From Solirubrobacteraceae bacterium (lineage in GTDB: Bacteria; Actinomycetota; Thermoleophilia; Solirubrobacterales; Solirubrobacteraceae), in assembly GCA_035551915.1 (NCBI GenBank), contig DASZMI010000023.1:753-64752 (forward strand): a stretch of 64,000 nucleotides of DNA, in the 5' to 3' direction. Below the pieces are notes generated by a model. That model worked only from the letters and a program-made list of their open reading frames with translations. It did no database searches and was not told the DNA's origin. Positions 22,050-31,822 of the stretch are shown here, piece by piece (within the stretch, counting starts at the first letter, position 1; each line of letters starts with the position of its first letter). The position numbers and the translations under genes are program-made.

Positions 22050-22638
22050 GCGCGGCTGCTGCGGGGGCTGGTCCCGCTGGACCGCCCCCGCCCTCAGCCC
22101 TCAGCCCTCGGTCGAGCAGGTCGAGCAGCCACTCGAACGAGTCGTCGGTGCCGAGCGGGATCCCGAAGCCGCCGCCAATCTCGAGCATGACGAACCCGAA
22201 GATCGCTGCGCGCATCCCTCGAACCGCGTGGATCGCTGCGTCGCCCTCGAGCGCGTAGCCGCGCATCACTGAGATCAGCAGCTCCACCGCGCGCTGAGCG
22301 GCGGGATCCTCGCGGATCTGCACGAACTGCAGGGCCGTGTGGCGCCCCGGGTGCGCGAGTGCCCAGCGGCGGTAGGCGCGGCTCGCCTCGCGCAGCGCGT
22401 CGCCGGCCGCGCGGCCGGCGACGGCGGGCGTGAGCGCGTCGGCGAGCTCGTTGGCGGCCAGGATCGCCAGCCGCTCGCGCAGGTCGGCGAGCCCTCCGAC
22501 GTGCGAGTACAGCGAAGGTGGCTTGACGCCGAGTCTGGCCGCAACCGTGCTGAGCGTGACCGCCTCGAGCCCGTCGCTGTCGGCGATCTCAGCTGCTGCC
22601 TCGACGACCGTGCCGGTGCTGAGTCCAGCTCGCGGCAT
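22033..22638 (-). CDS. TetR/AcrR regulator with WHG-type C-terminal domain
   Basis: VAARLGVKPPSLYSHV HTH; AIHAVRGMRAAIFGF. Confidence 0.92.
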   Translation of the reverse strand: MPRAGLSTGTVVEAAAEIADSDGLEAVTLSTVAARLGVKPPSLYSHVGGLADLRERLAILAANELADALTPAVAGRAAGDALREASRAYRRWALAHPGRHTALQFVQIREDPAAQRAVELLISVMRGYALEGDAAIHAVRGMRAAIFGFVMLEIGGGFGIPLGTDDSFEWLLDLLDRGLRAEGGGGPAGPAPAAAALSRRS

Positions 22639-23321
22639 CAGGCTGCCCGCTGCGCGCGCGCGATCGCCGCGTCCATCTCGGCCTGAGCTGAGGTGACGGC
22701 GCCACCGTGGCCGAGAACCAGCAACTCGGGGTTGAGCGCCCGCAGCTTGGCGGCCGATTCGAGCGCCAGTCCACGGTCACAGGTTCCCATCCAGACGAAC
22801 GGAAATGGGAACGTCGGGCGGTTCGGCACCTGCAGGCCACCGAGTGAGAAGAACGCGTCACCCGCGATCAGGCTCCCATCGCGCGTGTCCAGGAATGCGA
22901 CGTGTCCAGGCGTGTGGCCCGGGCACGCGACGACCTCGAGGCTGCCGACGCGGTCACCGTGATCGAGCAGCACGTCCGGCGTGGTGGTCACCTTCTTCCA
23001 GCTGCCGCGCTTCTTGTCGGAGAACTCCACCGCTTCGCCGGCGAGGATCTTCGCGTCGAGTTCGGGCATCAGCACCGTGACCTCGGCGCCCAGTCGCGCA
23101 CGCAGCGCGTCCAGCGAACCGACGTGATCTCCGTGGCCGTGTGTGAGCGCAATCCGCCGAATCGGAGCGTCGAGCTGGCGGGCGGCGCTGATCAGGTCAT
23201 CGGCGGCGCCCATGGTCGTGTCAACCAGGGTCAGGCCGTCGTCCTCGCATACGAGGTACGCGTTCATCCAGCCCTGCTTCGTCAGCTGAATGAGATTTGC
23301 GGTGAGTCGCATCTGCTTCAT
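22638..23321 (-). CDS. MBL-fold metallo-hydrolase
   Basis: THGHGDH, PGHTPGH, AGDA, GHG; RBS GAGGA. Confidence 0.92.
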   Translation of the reverse strand: MKQMRLTANLIQLTKQGWMNAYLVCEDDGLTLVDTTMGAADDLISAARQLDAPIRRIALTHGHGDHVGSLDALRARLGAEVTVLMPELDAKILAGEAVEFSDKKRGSWKKVTTTPDVLLDHGDRVGSLEVVACPGHTPGHVAFLDTRDGSLIAGDAFFSLGGLQVPNRPTFPFPFVWMGTCDRGLALESAAKLRALNPELLVLGHGGAVTSAQAEMDAAIARAQRAA

Positions 23322-23361
23322 CTGGTCCTCGATTCGGTTGCGCTTACGTGATGTAGGCAAA

Positions 23362-23390
23362 AACCTAATGTTATTAGGCAAGCCGGTCAA
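23362..23390 (-). promoter_or_regulatory. Sigma-A promoter with overlapping palindromic TetR-type operator
   Basis: Minus strand TTGACC-17-TAGGTT; palindrome CCTAAT-GTT-ATTAGG at 23364-23378. Confidence 0.75.
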
Positions 23391-23467
23391 GCCCGATTTG
23401 AGAAGTCCTCGAGAAACCACGCGCGGTACCGTCATCTCTCAAGCGTTGATGCGGTGAAAGGACGAGC

Positions 23468-24814
23468 GTGAGCACGACTCAAGATCAGCAACTTTGGGGC
23501 GGCGAGACCACGAAGGCGGTGGCCAACTTCCCGATCTCAGGCGAGCCGATCCCGGTTCCTGTGATCCGCTGGCTCGGCCGCATCAAGGGTGCGGCGGCGC
23601 GGGTCAACGCCGAGCTCGGACTGCTCGACGCCGGGCACGCCGAGCGGATCGCGGCCGCGGCCGACCGCGTGGCGGCCGGCGAGTTCGATGACCAGTTCCC
23701 GATCGACGTCTTCCAGACCGGCTCCGGCACGTCCTCGAACATGAACGCCAACGAGGTGATCGCCAAGCTCGCAGATCTGATCCCGCCCGCCACCCCGCCG
23801 ACGCATCCCAACGACCATGTGAACATGGGCCAGTCCTCGAACGACGTCTTCCCGTCGGCGGTGCACCTCGCCGCGCTCGGCGAGGCGACCGCTGACCTGT
23901 TGCCGGCGCTCGATGCGCTCGAGGGCGCGCTTGCCGCCAAGGCGACGGAGTTCCACGACATCGTCAAGTCCGGGCGCACCCACCTGATGGACGCCGTGCC
24001 GGTCACGCTCGGCCAGGAGTTCGGCGGTTACGCTGCGCAGGTTCGGCTGGGGGCGCGGCGCGTGCGCAACGCGCTGCCGCAGGTAGCGCAGATCCCGCTG
24101 GGCGGCACCGCCACCGGCACCGGCCTGAACACCCACCCCGAGTTCGCGGCGCGCATGCGCGCCAAGCTCATGGACGCAACCGGGCTCGAGATCTCCGCGC
24201 CCGAGGACCCGTTCGAGGCACAGGGCAACCGTGACGCGCTGGTCGAGCTGTCGGGCGCACTCAAGGTGATCGCCGTCTCCTTCACCAAGATCGCGGGCGA
24301 CCTTGCGCTGATGGGCTCCGGGCCGCGCGCGGGCATCGGCGAGATCTACCTGCCGGAGCTGCAGAAGGGTTCCTCGATCATGCCCGGCAAGGTCAACCCC
24401 GTGATTCCGGAGGTCACGTTGCAGGTGGCGGCGCAGGTGATCGGCAACGACGCGGCGGTCACGCTCGCGGGCAGCCAGGGCAACTTCGAGCTCAATGTGC
24501 GCGTGCCGCTGATCGCCCGCAACCTGCTGGAATCGATCAGCCTGCTCGCCGCAACGGCGCGCGTGCTCAATGACAAGTGCGTCGCCGGGATCGAGGCCAA
24601 CCTCCCCGGCTGCGAGCGCTCGGCCGAGTCGACGCTGGCGGCCGCGACGGCGCTGAACCCCTACATCGGTTACGACAAGGCGGCTGAGATCGTCAAGGAG
24701 GCCGCCAGTTCCGGACGCATGCTGCGCGAGGTCGCCTACGAAAAGGGCGTCGACGAGGACACATACAATCGCGCGATGGACCTGCGCAAGATGGCGCGGG
24801 GGAATCTGGGCTGA
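23468..24814 (+). CDS. fumC: Class II fumarate hydratase
   Basis: FQTGSGTSSNMNANE, GRTHLMDA, GSSIMPGKVNP. Confidence 0.95.
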   Translation: MSTTQDQQLWGGETTKAVANFPISGEPIPVPVIRWLGRIKGAAARVNAELGLLDAGHAERIAAAADRVAAGEFDDQFPIDVFQTGSGTSSNMNANEVIAKLADLIPPATPPTHPNDHVNMGQSSNDVFPSAVHLAALGEATADLLPALDALEGALAAKATEFHDIVKSGRTHLMDAVPVTLGQEFGGYAAQVRLGARRVRNALPQVAQIPLGGTATGTGLNTHPEFAARMRAKLMDATGLEISAPEDPFEAQGNRDALVELSGALKVIAVSFTKIAGDLALMGSGPRAGIGEIYLPELQKGSSIMPGKVNPVIPEVTLQVAAQVIGNDAAVTLAGSQGNFELNVRVPLIARNLLESISLLAATARVLNDKCVAGIEANLPGCERSAESTLAAATALNPYIGYDKAAEIVKEAASSGRMLREVAYEKGVDEDTYNRAMDLRKMARGNLG

Positions 24815-24831
24815 CAGTAGGCCGGTCAGCC

Positions 24832-24851
24832 CCGGCGGAACTATCCGCCGG
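24832..24851 (+). terminator. Possible terminator hairpin after fumC
   Basis: CCGGCGGA-ACTA-TCCGCCGG. Confidence 0.5.
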
Positions 24852-24891
24852 CGGATGCGTTAAGACTGACGATCAGGTGCGAATCATCGCG

Positions 24892-26475
24892 GTGACAAAC
24901 AGATGCTGTGTTCTGGCCGCGGTGGCAGCACTGTTCAGCGCTGTGGTTTTTGCCGCGCCCGCTGGCGCGGCCACCAGCGGCGCTGGTCTCTACCTGCACG
25001 GCGCCGGAGACGGACACGGCGTCGGCATGAGCCAGTACGGAGCCGCCGGCTACGCGCTGCGTGGCGCCGGCTACCAGGAGATCCTGCACGATTACTACAC
25101 CGGCACGACACTCGGCCACGTCGATCCGGACAAGGTCGTGACCGTGCTGCTGCGCTCCGCCGGCTCCGCCCTCTTCAGCGGGGCGACCACGCTCAGGGAC
25201 GTCAAGCTCAAGCTCAATCCCGTGTGGAACTACAGCGTCGTTCCGGCTGCCGGCGGACGGTTGCGGATCAAGCTCGGCAGGAAGTCATTGGGCGTCTTCG
25301 CACCGCCGCTGCAGGTCTCCGGGCCGGGGCCCCTGAAGCTGCTCGGCCTCGGTGACTTCCGCGGCGATCTCATCTTCCGCCCGAGCACCGGGGGCGCCGG
25401 CGTGATGACGGTGGACGCGGTCGGCCTCGATGACTACGTCCGCGGCGTGGTCTCAGCCGAGATGCCGTCGAGCTGGCCCCAGCAGGCGCTCGACGCGCAG
25501 GCAGTCGCCGCGCGCACGTACGCGATCACCTCGCACCCGATCGGCGCCGACTTCGACGTCTACGACACGACCCGTTCGCAGGTGTACGAGGGTGTCAAGG
25601 CCGAGACCGCCAGTGCCGATGCCGCTGTGGCGGCGACCAGGGGCCAGGTGGTGGAGCACGCGGGCGTGCCGGTCGAGACCCTGTTCTTCGCGAGCTCGGG
25701 CGGCGAGACCGAGAGCGTCCAGAACGTGTTCCCGCTCTCGCCGGCAGCCTGGCTCGTCGGCCGGCCCGACCCCTACGACGATGCCCTGAATGACCCCTAT
25801 CACCGCTGGAAGCTGAGCTTCTCGCTGCAGGGCGCTCAGCGGCGCCTCGGCCGGCTCGTCGACGGCGCGCTTGTCGGCATCAAGGTGCTTGCGCGCGGCG
25901 TCTCCCCGCGCATCGTCAAGGCCAAGGTCGTGGGTACCAAGGGCTCCGTGATGGTCACCGGGCTGCAGCTGCGCAACGCCTTCGGCACGCCCAGCACATG
26001 GATGTCGTTCACCACGGTCAGCAGCCACGGCGTGCAGACGAGCACGACCCGGTCGGTGACGACCACGCTGCCGACGCCGCCGAGCACGACCACCACGACA
26101 CCGGACACCGGGACCGGTACGGGCACCACCACCAACGGTGGTGGTGGGCTGATCCGCAGGGTTGACCAGACGCGGCTCGTGCGTGCCGCTCCTGAGGGCG
26201 GCCTGTTGGCCGAGTTCGAACGGGCCTCGAGCTTCATCCAGCGGATCTTCGACGCGCTGCGGATCCCGACCACCAGCTACCTCGTCCGCGGCCGCGTCTA
26301 CCCCACACGTCCCGGCACTCGCCTGACCGTGCAGCTCCATGCCGGCGACCACTGGCGGACGGTCGCGAGCGGGCGGATCGCGGCCGGGGGCGACTACTCG
26401 ATTCATGTCGACGGCCGCGGTCAGTACCGGGTGCGCTTCGACGGGACGACCGGTCCCGTGATCAGCGTCCGTTAG
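24892..26475 (+). CDS. Secreted SpoIID/LytB domain protein (peptidoglycan lytic transglycosylase-like)
   Basis: GHGVGMSQYGA, YVRGVVSAEM, QAVAARTYA, SQVY; Thr-rich linker; start uncertain (24877 or 24892). Confidence 0.9.
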   Translation: MTNRCCVLAAVAALFSAVVFAAPAGAATSGAGLYLHGAGDGHGVGMSQYGAAGYALRGAGYQEILHDYYTGTTLGHVDPDKVVTVLLRSAGSALFSGATTLRDVKLKLNPVWNYSVVPAAGGRLRIKLGRKSLGVFAPPLQVSGPGPLKLLGLGDFRGDLIFRPSTGGAGVMTVDAVGLDDYVRGVVSAEMPSSWPQQALDAQAVAARTYAITSHPIGADFDVYDTTRSQVYEGVKAETASADAAVAATRGQVVEHAGVPVETLFFASSGGETESVQNVFPLSPAAWLVGRPDPYDDALNDPYHRWKLSFSLQGAQRRLGRLVDGALVGIKVLARGVSPRIVKAKVVGTKGSVMVTGLQLRNAFGTPSTWMSFTTVSSHGVQTSTTRSVTTTLPTPPSTTTTTPDTGTGTGTTTNGGGGLIRRVDQTRLVRAAPEGGLLAEFERASSFIQRIFDALRIPTTSYLVRGRVYPTRPGTRLTVQLHAGDHWRTVASGRIAAGGDYSIHVDGRGQYRVRFDGTTGPVISVR

Positions 26476-26484
26476 GGTTCCGGC

Positions 26485-27366
26485 ATGCCCGGACCTCTGC
26501 TGCTGGTCGACGCGCCGTTCGTGCTCTACCGCTCGTTCTTCGCGCTGCCCGACTCGATTCGCGGTGCCGCCGGCAGGCCCGTCAACGCGATGCTCGGTGC
26601 CACCAACCTGCTGCTGAGAATCGCCGCCGAGGTCACCCCGCGCGCGATCGTGATCTGCTTCGGGGCCGAGCAGGCCGCCTACCGCGTGGAGCTCTACGCC
26701 GGCTATCACGCACAGCGCCCGCCGATGCCCGAGGACCTCGCCTGGCAGTTCGCCAACGCGCCCGGCCTGTTCAAGGCTCTGGACTGGTATGTGGACGACT
26801 CGGCCGAGCTGGAGGCCGACGATCTCCTCGGTGCCCACTCGGAACTCGAGGCGGCCGCCGGTGGTCAGAGCCTGTTGCTGACCGGCGACCGCGACATGTA
26901 CCAATGCGTGGACGAGCACACGAGCGTGCTCTATCTCAAGCAGGGATCCAGTGGCTTTGAGACCGTCGACCCGACGGAGGTACGGCGCCGCTACGGGATC
27001 GCACCCGCGGCCGTGCCGGAGTTCATCGCTCTGCGCGGTGACCCCTCAGATGGTCTCCCTGGCGCCCCCGGGATCGGTGAGAAGACCGCCGCCGCGCTGC
27101 TCCAGCGCCACGGCAGCCTCGACGCGCTGATCGCGGCGGTCGCCGACGGCGACGCCGGCGAGCGGCCCCGCACCGCGGCATCGGTGCGTGACAATGCCGC
27201 TGCGCTGCGTGCCTACCGGGAGATCGCCCGCCTGCGTCCGGTCGAGGTCTCCCGACCCGCCGATGCCGCCACGAATCTGCCCGGCGGTGCCAGGGCGGCA
27301 TCGGAGCTGGGGATGGGGGGGCTGGCCGGCCGTCTCGAGGCTGCAGTCTCGCTCGCCGACCTTTAG
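26485..27366 (+). CDS. 5'-3' exonuclease (stand-alone FEN / PolI N-terminal-like)
   Basis: LLVD...YRSFFALP, EADD, TGDRD, LRGDPSDGLPGAPGIGEKTA. Confidence 0.92.
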   Translation: MPGPLLLVDAPFVLYRSFFALPDSIRGAAGRPVNAMLGATNLLLRIAAEVTPRAIVICFGAEQAAYRVELYAGYHAQRPPMPEDLAWQFANAPGLFKALDWYVDDSAELEADDLLGAHSELEAAAGGQSLLLTGDRDMYQCVDEHTSVLYLKQGSSGFETVDPTEVRRRYGIAPAAVPEFIALRGDPSDGLPGAPGIGEKTAAALLQRHGSLDALIAAVADGDAGERPRTAASVRDNAAALRAYREIARLRPVEVSRPADAATNLPGGARAASELGMGGLAGRLEAAVSLADL

Positions 27367-27369
27367 GGT

Positions 27370-27544
27370 TCACGACGAAATTGGTTGTTCCGCGCGCCGG
27401 CGGTGCGCCGCACGAGGGAGGGGTTTTGTCGCCCTAGCAGACAAAACCCCTCCCTCGCAGGGTTAGCCCGCGATTGCCCCGCTCGCGTGCGTCGCCTGCC
27501 ATGCGCCGGTCGACCACCCGAGTCCGCCACCAATTTCCTCGTGA
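27370..27544. repeat. Nested inverted-repeat element (MITE/REP-like)
   Basis: Terminal IR TCACGACGAAATTGGT / ACCAATTTCCTCGTGA (15/16 match) and an internal perfect 18-bp hairpin at 27413-27457. Confidence 0.7.
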
Positions 27545-27564
27545 GCGCTTAGTAGTGTTGCGTC

Positions 27565-28353
27565 GTGCCGGTGACATCACACACGATCGCGGTCGGCGGA
27601 GTGAAACGCCGGGTGCTCGTGGCCGAGCCGACCGGAGCCGCGCGCGCGATCGTGCTCTCCCTGCACGGCAGCGGCTCGACGCCGGAGCGGCAGCTGCGCC
27701 TGAGCCGGATGATCGCGTTCGTCCAGCGCGACGTGGTCGTCGCCTTTCCACAGGGCTCGATTTCCTCGCGGCGCGGGTCGGAGTGGGATCTGGTTGCTGA
27801 CGTCGACTATCTGGATGCCGTGGTCGACCACCTCCGCACAGCCTTCGCGGCTCCCTCCGCTGCCCTGTGCGTCAGTGGCATGTCAGGTGGGGCGCGAATG
27901 GCAAGCCGCTTCAGCTCGACGGGCCGCAACCCGGTTGCCGTGCTGGGCGCGGTGGCGGGGCTGCGCAACCCCGCGCTCGAGCGGCTCGAGCGTCCCGTCC
28001 GCGTGCTCGCCTTCCACGGAACCGGCGACCGCATCAACCCCTACGCCGGCGGGAAAACCGATCGCTGGAGTGAGAGCGTGTTGGAGGCCGCTTCGGCCTG
28101 GGCCCGCGCCAACGGCCACTCGCCCGATCCCGCGCACACCGATTCCACGCCAGCTCTGACACGACTCGATTACGGTCCGCCAGACGATCCCGGTGCTGTG
28201 ACCCTGTGGGTGTGTGACCGTGCCGGGCATACATGGCCGGGTACGCGCCTGCCGCTCCTGCTGCGTCTGTTCGTGGGCAGGGTGTCCTACGACGTCGACG
28301 CCACCAGGGAGATCTGGCGTGCGCTCTCAAGCGCCCGGCGACCCGACCCTTAG
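27565..28353 (+). CDS. PHB depolymerase/LpqC-like esterase
   Basis: LHGSG, SGMSGG nucleophile, FHGTGD, AGHTWPG. Confidence 0.85.
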   Translation: MPVTSHTIAVGGVKRRVLVAEPTGAARAIVLSLHGSGSTPERQLRLSRMIAFVQRDVVVAFPQGSISSRRGSEWDLVADVDYLDAVVDHLRTAFAAPSAALCVSGMSGGARMASRFSSTGRNPVAVLGAVAGLRNPALERLERPVRVLAFHGTGDRINPYAGGKTDRWSESVLEAASAWARANGHSPDPAHTDSTPALTRLDYGPPDDPGAVTLWVCDRAGHTWPGTRLPLLLRLFVGRVSYDVDATREIWRALSSARRPDP

Positions 28354-29429
28354 GGTGTGAACTTGACGGTGATCACGTCGCCGTCGTTCATCACATAGTC
28401 GCGGCCCTCGAGCCGCAGCGCCGCGTTCTCACGAGCGCCTCCGTAACCGCCGTACTGCACGAGCGCGCTCCAGGAGACCACCTCGGCACGGACGAAGCCC
28501 TTCTGGATGTCAGAGTGGATCTGGCCGGCGGCGTGCCAGGCACTGAGGCCGCGTCGTAGATGCCAGCTCTGCGCGGGCTTGTCCTCTCCGGCGGTGAAGA
28601 AGGCGATCAGATCGAGCAGTTCAAAGGCGCCGCGGACCACGGTCTGCAGGCCCGACTCGGCCAGGCCGAGGTCGTCTCGCATCTCGGCTGCCTCGTCGGG
28701 CGTGAGCGCTCCGAGCTCGGCTTCGAGTCGTGCCGAGACCGCAACCGCACGCGCTCCGTGGGCGGCGGCATATTCGGCGATCGCCGGTGGCACCTCGGTG
28801 TCGCCCTCATTGACGTTGGCCACGAACAGCACCGGCTTGACCGTCAGCGAGCCCAGCAACGCAGCCGCGTCCGGGGCATCGTCGGGCACCGGCACCGTGC
28901 GCACGGGCTTGCCCTCCCGCAGCACGGCGATCACCAGCTCGAGCCATTTCTGCTCGGCGATCGCGTGCTTGTCCCCGCCGCGAGCCTGGCGCACCACGCG
29001 CTCGATGCGGCGCTCGGCCTGCTCGAGGTCCGCGTACATCAGCTCGGTCTCGACAGTGGCGATGTCGCGCAGAGGGTCAACGCTGCCCTCGGAGTGGACG
29101 ATGCCGCCGTCGGTATGCGCCCGCACGACATGAATGAGCGCGTCGGTCTCGCGGATATTGGCCAGGAACTGGTTGCCCAGGCCCTCACCCTTGTGCGCGC
29201 CCGCGACCAGACCGGCGATGTCGTGGAAGGCGATCGTGTCCCACACGATCTTCGAGGCCTTGACCGTGCCCGCGACCTGTTGCATGCGCTCGTCCTGCAC
29301 CGGGACGACGGCGACGTTCGGCTCAATCGTCGTGAACGGATAGTTCGCGGCCTCGGCGGCGACGCCGGTAAGTGCACTGAACAGCGAGGACTTGCCAGCG
29401 TTGGGCATGCCTACGATGCCGACCTTCAT
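28350..29429 (-). CDS. ychF: Redox-regulated ATPase YchF (Obg family)
   Basis: GMPNAGKS, NYPFTTIEPN, DIAGL, GLGNQFL, IHSDIQKGFVRAE. Confidence 0.97.
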   Translation of the reverse strand: MKVGIVGMPNAGKSSLFSALTGVAAEAANYPFTTIEPNVAVVPVQDERMQQVAGTVKASKIVWDTIAFHDIAGLVAGAHKGEGLGNQFLANIRETDALIHVVRAHTDGGIVHSEGSVDPLRDIATVETELMYADLEQAERRIERVVRQARGGDKHAIAEQKWLELVIAVLREGKPVRTVPVPDDAPDAAALLGSLTVKPVLFVANVNEGDTEVPPAIAEYAAAHGARAVAVSARLEAELGALTPDEAAEMRDDLGLAESGLQTVVRGAFELLDLIAFFTAGEDKPAQSWHLRRGLSAWHAAGQIHSDIQKGFVRAEVVSWSALVQYGGYGGARENAALRLEGRDYVMNDGDVITVKFTP

Positions 29430-29911
29430 CGGCATCGCAGCAACCTCCCGGTCAGCGTGCCCAGCGCTGCGCCGGCGAGCACGTCACTGGGGTAGTGAAC
29501 GCCGAGATATGGGCGGCTGAGCGCGAACATCGTTGCAGCACCGTAGAACAGTGGCGAGGCAAACGGCAGCGCGCGACCGTAGGCGGCGGCCGCCGCGAAC
29601 GAGGTGGTGGCGTGGGCGCTCGGGAAGGAGAGCCCGGTGACCACCGGCGTCAGCGGCGGTAGCCCCTCGAGCTCGGGACGCGGACGCTTGACGCTGAACT
29701 TCACCGCGGTGTTGAGGCCATATGCGACCCCGGTCGCGGCGGCTCCGCGGGTGAACGCCCTGCGACGGCGGGAGCCACGCCGGCTCGTGGCGATCCCCAG
29801 CGCGCCCAGCGCGAACCAGCACGCGGCGTGCTCGCCGGCGCGTGAGAAGCCGGCGATCGCGCGCACCACTCCGGGATCGTCGTGGCCGCGCTCGCGCATC
29901 AGCCGCAGCAA
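29426..29911 (-). CDS. PAP2 family phosphatase
   Basis: K...RPRP, SFPSAH, SRPYLGVHYPSD; start uncertain. Confidence 0.9.
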   Translation of the reverse strand: MLRLMRERGHDDPGVVRAIAGFSRAGEHAACWFALGALGIATSRRGSRRRRAFTRGAAATGVAYGLNTAVKFSVKRPRPELEGLPPLTPVVTGLSFPSAHATTSFAAAAAYGRALPFASPLFYGAATMFALSRPYLGVHYPSDVLAGAALGTLTGRLLRCR

Positions 29912-29958
29912 CCCGAGGTCCAGCGCCTGCGCTGAACCCGGCGTGGAGCTGAGCAGGC

Positions 29959-30180
29959 TCAGAACCCGACCCGGTGATCTTCGCTGTCGACGAGCACGTA
30001 GTCGACGCGCGTAAGGTCGAACGTCACGATGCCGTCCTCAGCGCCGAGCTCGTGCCAGCCACCGCTCTTGCCGAGCACGTCGCGCAGCTTCGCCAGCTCG
30101 GCCGCACGCACGCGTGCGACCAGCGTCTGGCCACCGTGGAAGCCGATGCTGATCTTCTGGGGCTTGTCGTCACTGCTCAT
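29959..30180 (-). CDS. Small hypothetical protein
   Basis: GAGGAG RBS, operonic position, coding-like codon use. Confidence 0.7.
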   Translation of the reverse strand: MSSDDKPQKISIGFHGGQTLVARVRAAELAKLRDVLGKSGGWHELGAEDGIVTFDLTRVDYVLVDSEDHRVGF

Positions 30181-30199
30181 AGCGAAGCTCCTCGGATGG

Positions 30200-30610
30200 T
30201 CACTGATGGTTGGCCGGTTCGACGATCTCGGTGAGCACCCCGCCCGTGGCTGCCGGATGCAGGAAAGCCACGCGCGAGGCGCGGATGCCGGTGCGCGGCC
30301 GCTCGTCTATCAACCGCACACCCGCCGCCGACAGACTAGCCAGCGCTGCGTCGATGTCGTCGACTCGGTAGGCGACGTGGTGCAGGCCCGGGCCGTGCCG
30401 CTCGAGGAACCGCGCCACGGGGGTGTCCGGATCGAGCGGTGCGATCAGCTCGACGTGGCTGTCACCAACGTCCAACAGGGCGGCCTCGACCATCTGTTCG
30501 GGGAGCGTCTCGCGGTGCACGAGCGAGAGCCCAAGGACCTCGCGATAGAGCGCGAGTGACTGGTCGAGATCCGCCACGGCGACCCCGGTGTGGTCGATCG
30601 CGGTGAACAT
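30200..30610 (-). CDS. mce: Methylmalonyl-CoA epimerase
   Basis: IDHTGVAV, VELIAP, GPGLHHVAY, VAFLHP..TGGVLTE. Confidence 0.92.
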   Translation of the reverse strand: MFTAIDHTGVAVADLDQSLALYREVLGLSLVHRETLPEQMVEAALLDVGDSHVELIAPLDPDTPVARFLERHGPGLHHVAYRVDDIDAALASLSAAGVRLIDERPRTGIRASRVAFLHPAATGGVLTEIVEPANHQ

Positions 30611-31704
30611 CAGCTGACCCGCTCCAGCCGCGGATTGGGCCGATATTCGCGGCCGGCCTTCGCGCACGGCTCGCCGTCGGTCATGACCACGTCAGCGGTG
30701 TAATCGTTCTGCCCGCGGATCAGCGATGAGCCGACCCCGTAGGCGTCGACGGCGACGCCCAGGGCCTCGAACTGTGCGATCTTCTCGGCGTTGAACCCTC
30801 CACTGGCAACGATCCTCACGTCCGGATGGCCGGCCTGGTCCAGCGCGGCGCGGACGTTGTCAACGAGCTGTGGGTTGACGCCACGCGGATCGAATCCGCC
30901 CATCGAGTCCAGCAGCGACCGGTCGACCATCAGCTCAGACGTGTCGAGTCGTACGCCCCAGAGTCTGGGTCCGAGCGCCTCCGCGACCTCCACCGCCGTA
31001 CGCACCGAGTCGTTCTCGAAGTCGACGAGAACGGTGATGTTCATCTCGTCGTGGAAGCGCTCGGCGAAGGCCTGCGCCGCCCTGACGGTGTCGCCTCCGT
31101 AGGCGGCGATCAGCCCGTGCGGCACGGTGCCGACGCCACGTCCGCCCCACCAGGACGCCTGGGCGTCGGTGGAGACGCCGATCGCGCCGGCCACGTGCGC
31201 CGCCCAGCCGTCACCGGTCTGCACGTGCCAGTGGTCGTGGCGCGCGGGGAAGTAGAGGATCTGCTTGCCGCGCGCCGCTTGCACCACCGCGGCGACGTTG
31301 CGCATGATCAGTGAGCGGCGCGCGAGCGAACCGAGATAAACGGTCTCGAGGTGGGCGAACAGGCTGTAGTCGCCCTCGATCGTCATCACCGTCTCCCACG
31401 GTGCGACCGCCTCACCCTCGTAGAGCGCGTGCACCTCGAGCTGGTGCCAGCCTGGCATCCATTCGCGATCGGCAGCAAAGCGCCCGGCGCCGAGCTTCAG
31501 CATCGCGATCGATTCGTCGATCCCGCCGAGCAGTGACTGCTGCTTCTGGAAGATCTGCATCAGCACCCGCGGGTGGTGGCCGACGTCCTCGAGCAGCTGC
31601 TTGGTGTAGACGAAGTAGGCGTCCGCGTAGTAGCCCTCGCGCAGCCGCTGCACCGGCAGCCTGAAGACATCGGGCTCGAGGCGCGCCCTCGACGGCAAGG
31701 ACAT
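30610..31704 (-). CDS. Nicotinate/quinolinate phosphoribosyltransferase-family protein
   Basis: GTVPHGL, LVDFEND, GVRLDTS, IVASGGF, YGVGS. Confidence 0.85.
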   Translation of the reverse strand: MSLPSRARLEPDVFRLPVQRLREGYYADAYFVYTKQLLEDVGHHPRVLMQIFQKQQSLLGGIDESIAMLKLGAGRFAADREWMPGWHQLEVHALYEGEAVAPWETVMTIEGDYSLFAHLETVYLGSLARRSLIMRNVAAVVQAARGKQILYFPARHDHWHVQTGDGWAAHVAGAIGVSTDAQASWWGGRGVGTVPHGLIAAYGGDTVRAAQAFAERFHDEMNITVLVDFENDSVRTAVEVAEALGPRLWGVRLDTSELMVDRSLLDSMGGFDPRGVNPQLVDNVRAALDQAGHPDVRIVASGGFNAEKIAQFEALGVAVDAYGVGSSLIRGQNDYTADVVMTDGEPCAKAGREYRPNPRLERVS

Positions 31705-31757
31705 GAGCGCGAGTCTATGGACTCCGACGATCGGGCGCGGATGCAGCCCCCGAGAGG

Positions 31758-31802
31758 TAGTTCGTGGCACGTACCTTGTAAAATAATACGTAACACAAAC
31801 TA
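31758..31802. promoter_or_regulatory. Pair of inverted related boxes, putative MarR operators
   Basis: TAGTTCGTGGCACGTACCT (31758-31776) and minus-strand TAGTTTGTGTTACGTATTA (31784-31802) in an AT-rich patch. Confidence 0.55.
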
Positions 31803-31822
31803 ATGTCGCTAAGCTTGCGGTC

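Noticed and set aside
26030-26150. Low-complexity ACC/ACG repeats
   Set aside because: Encodes a Thr/Gly-rich linker in the SpoIID protein
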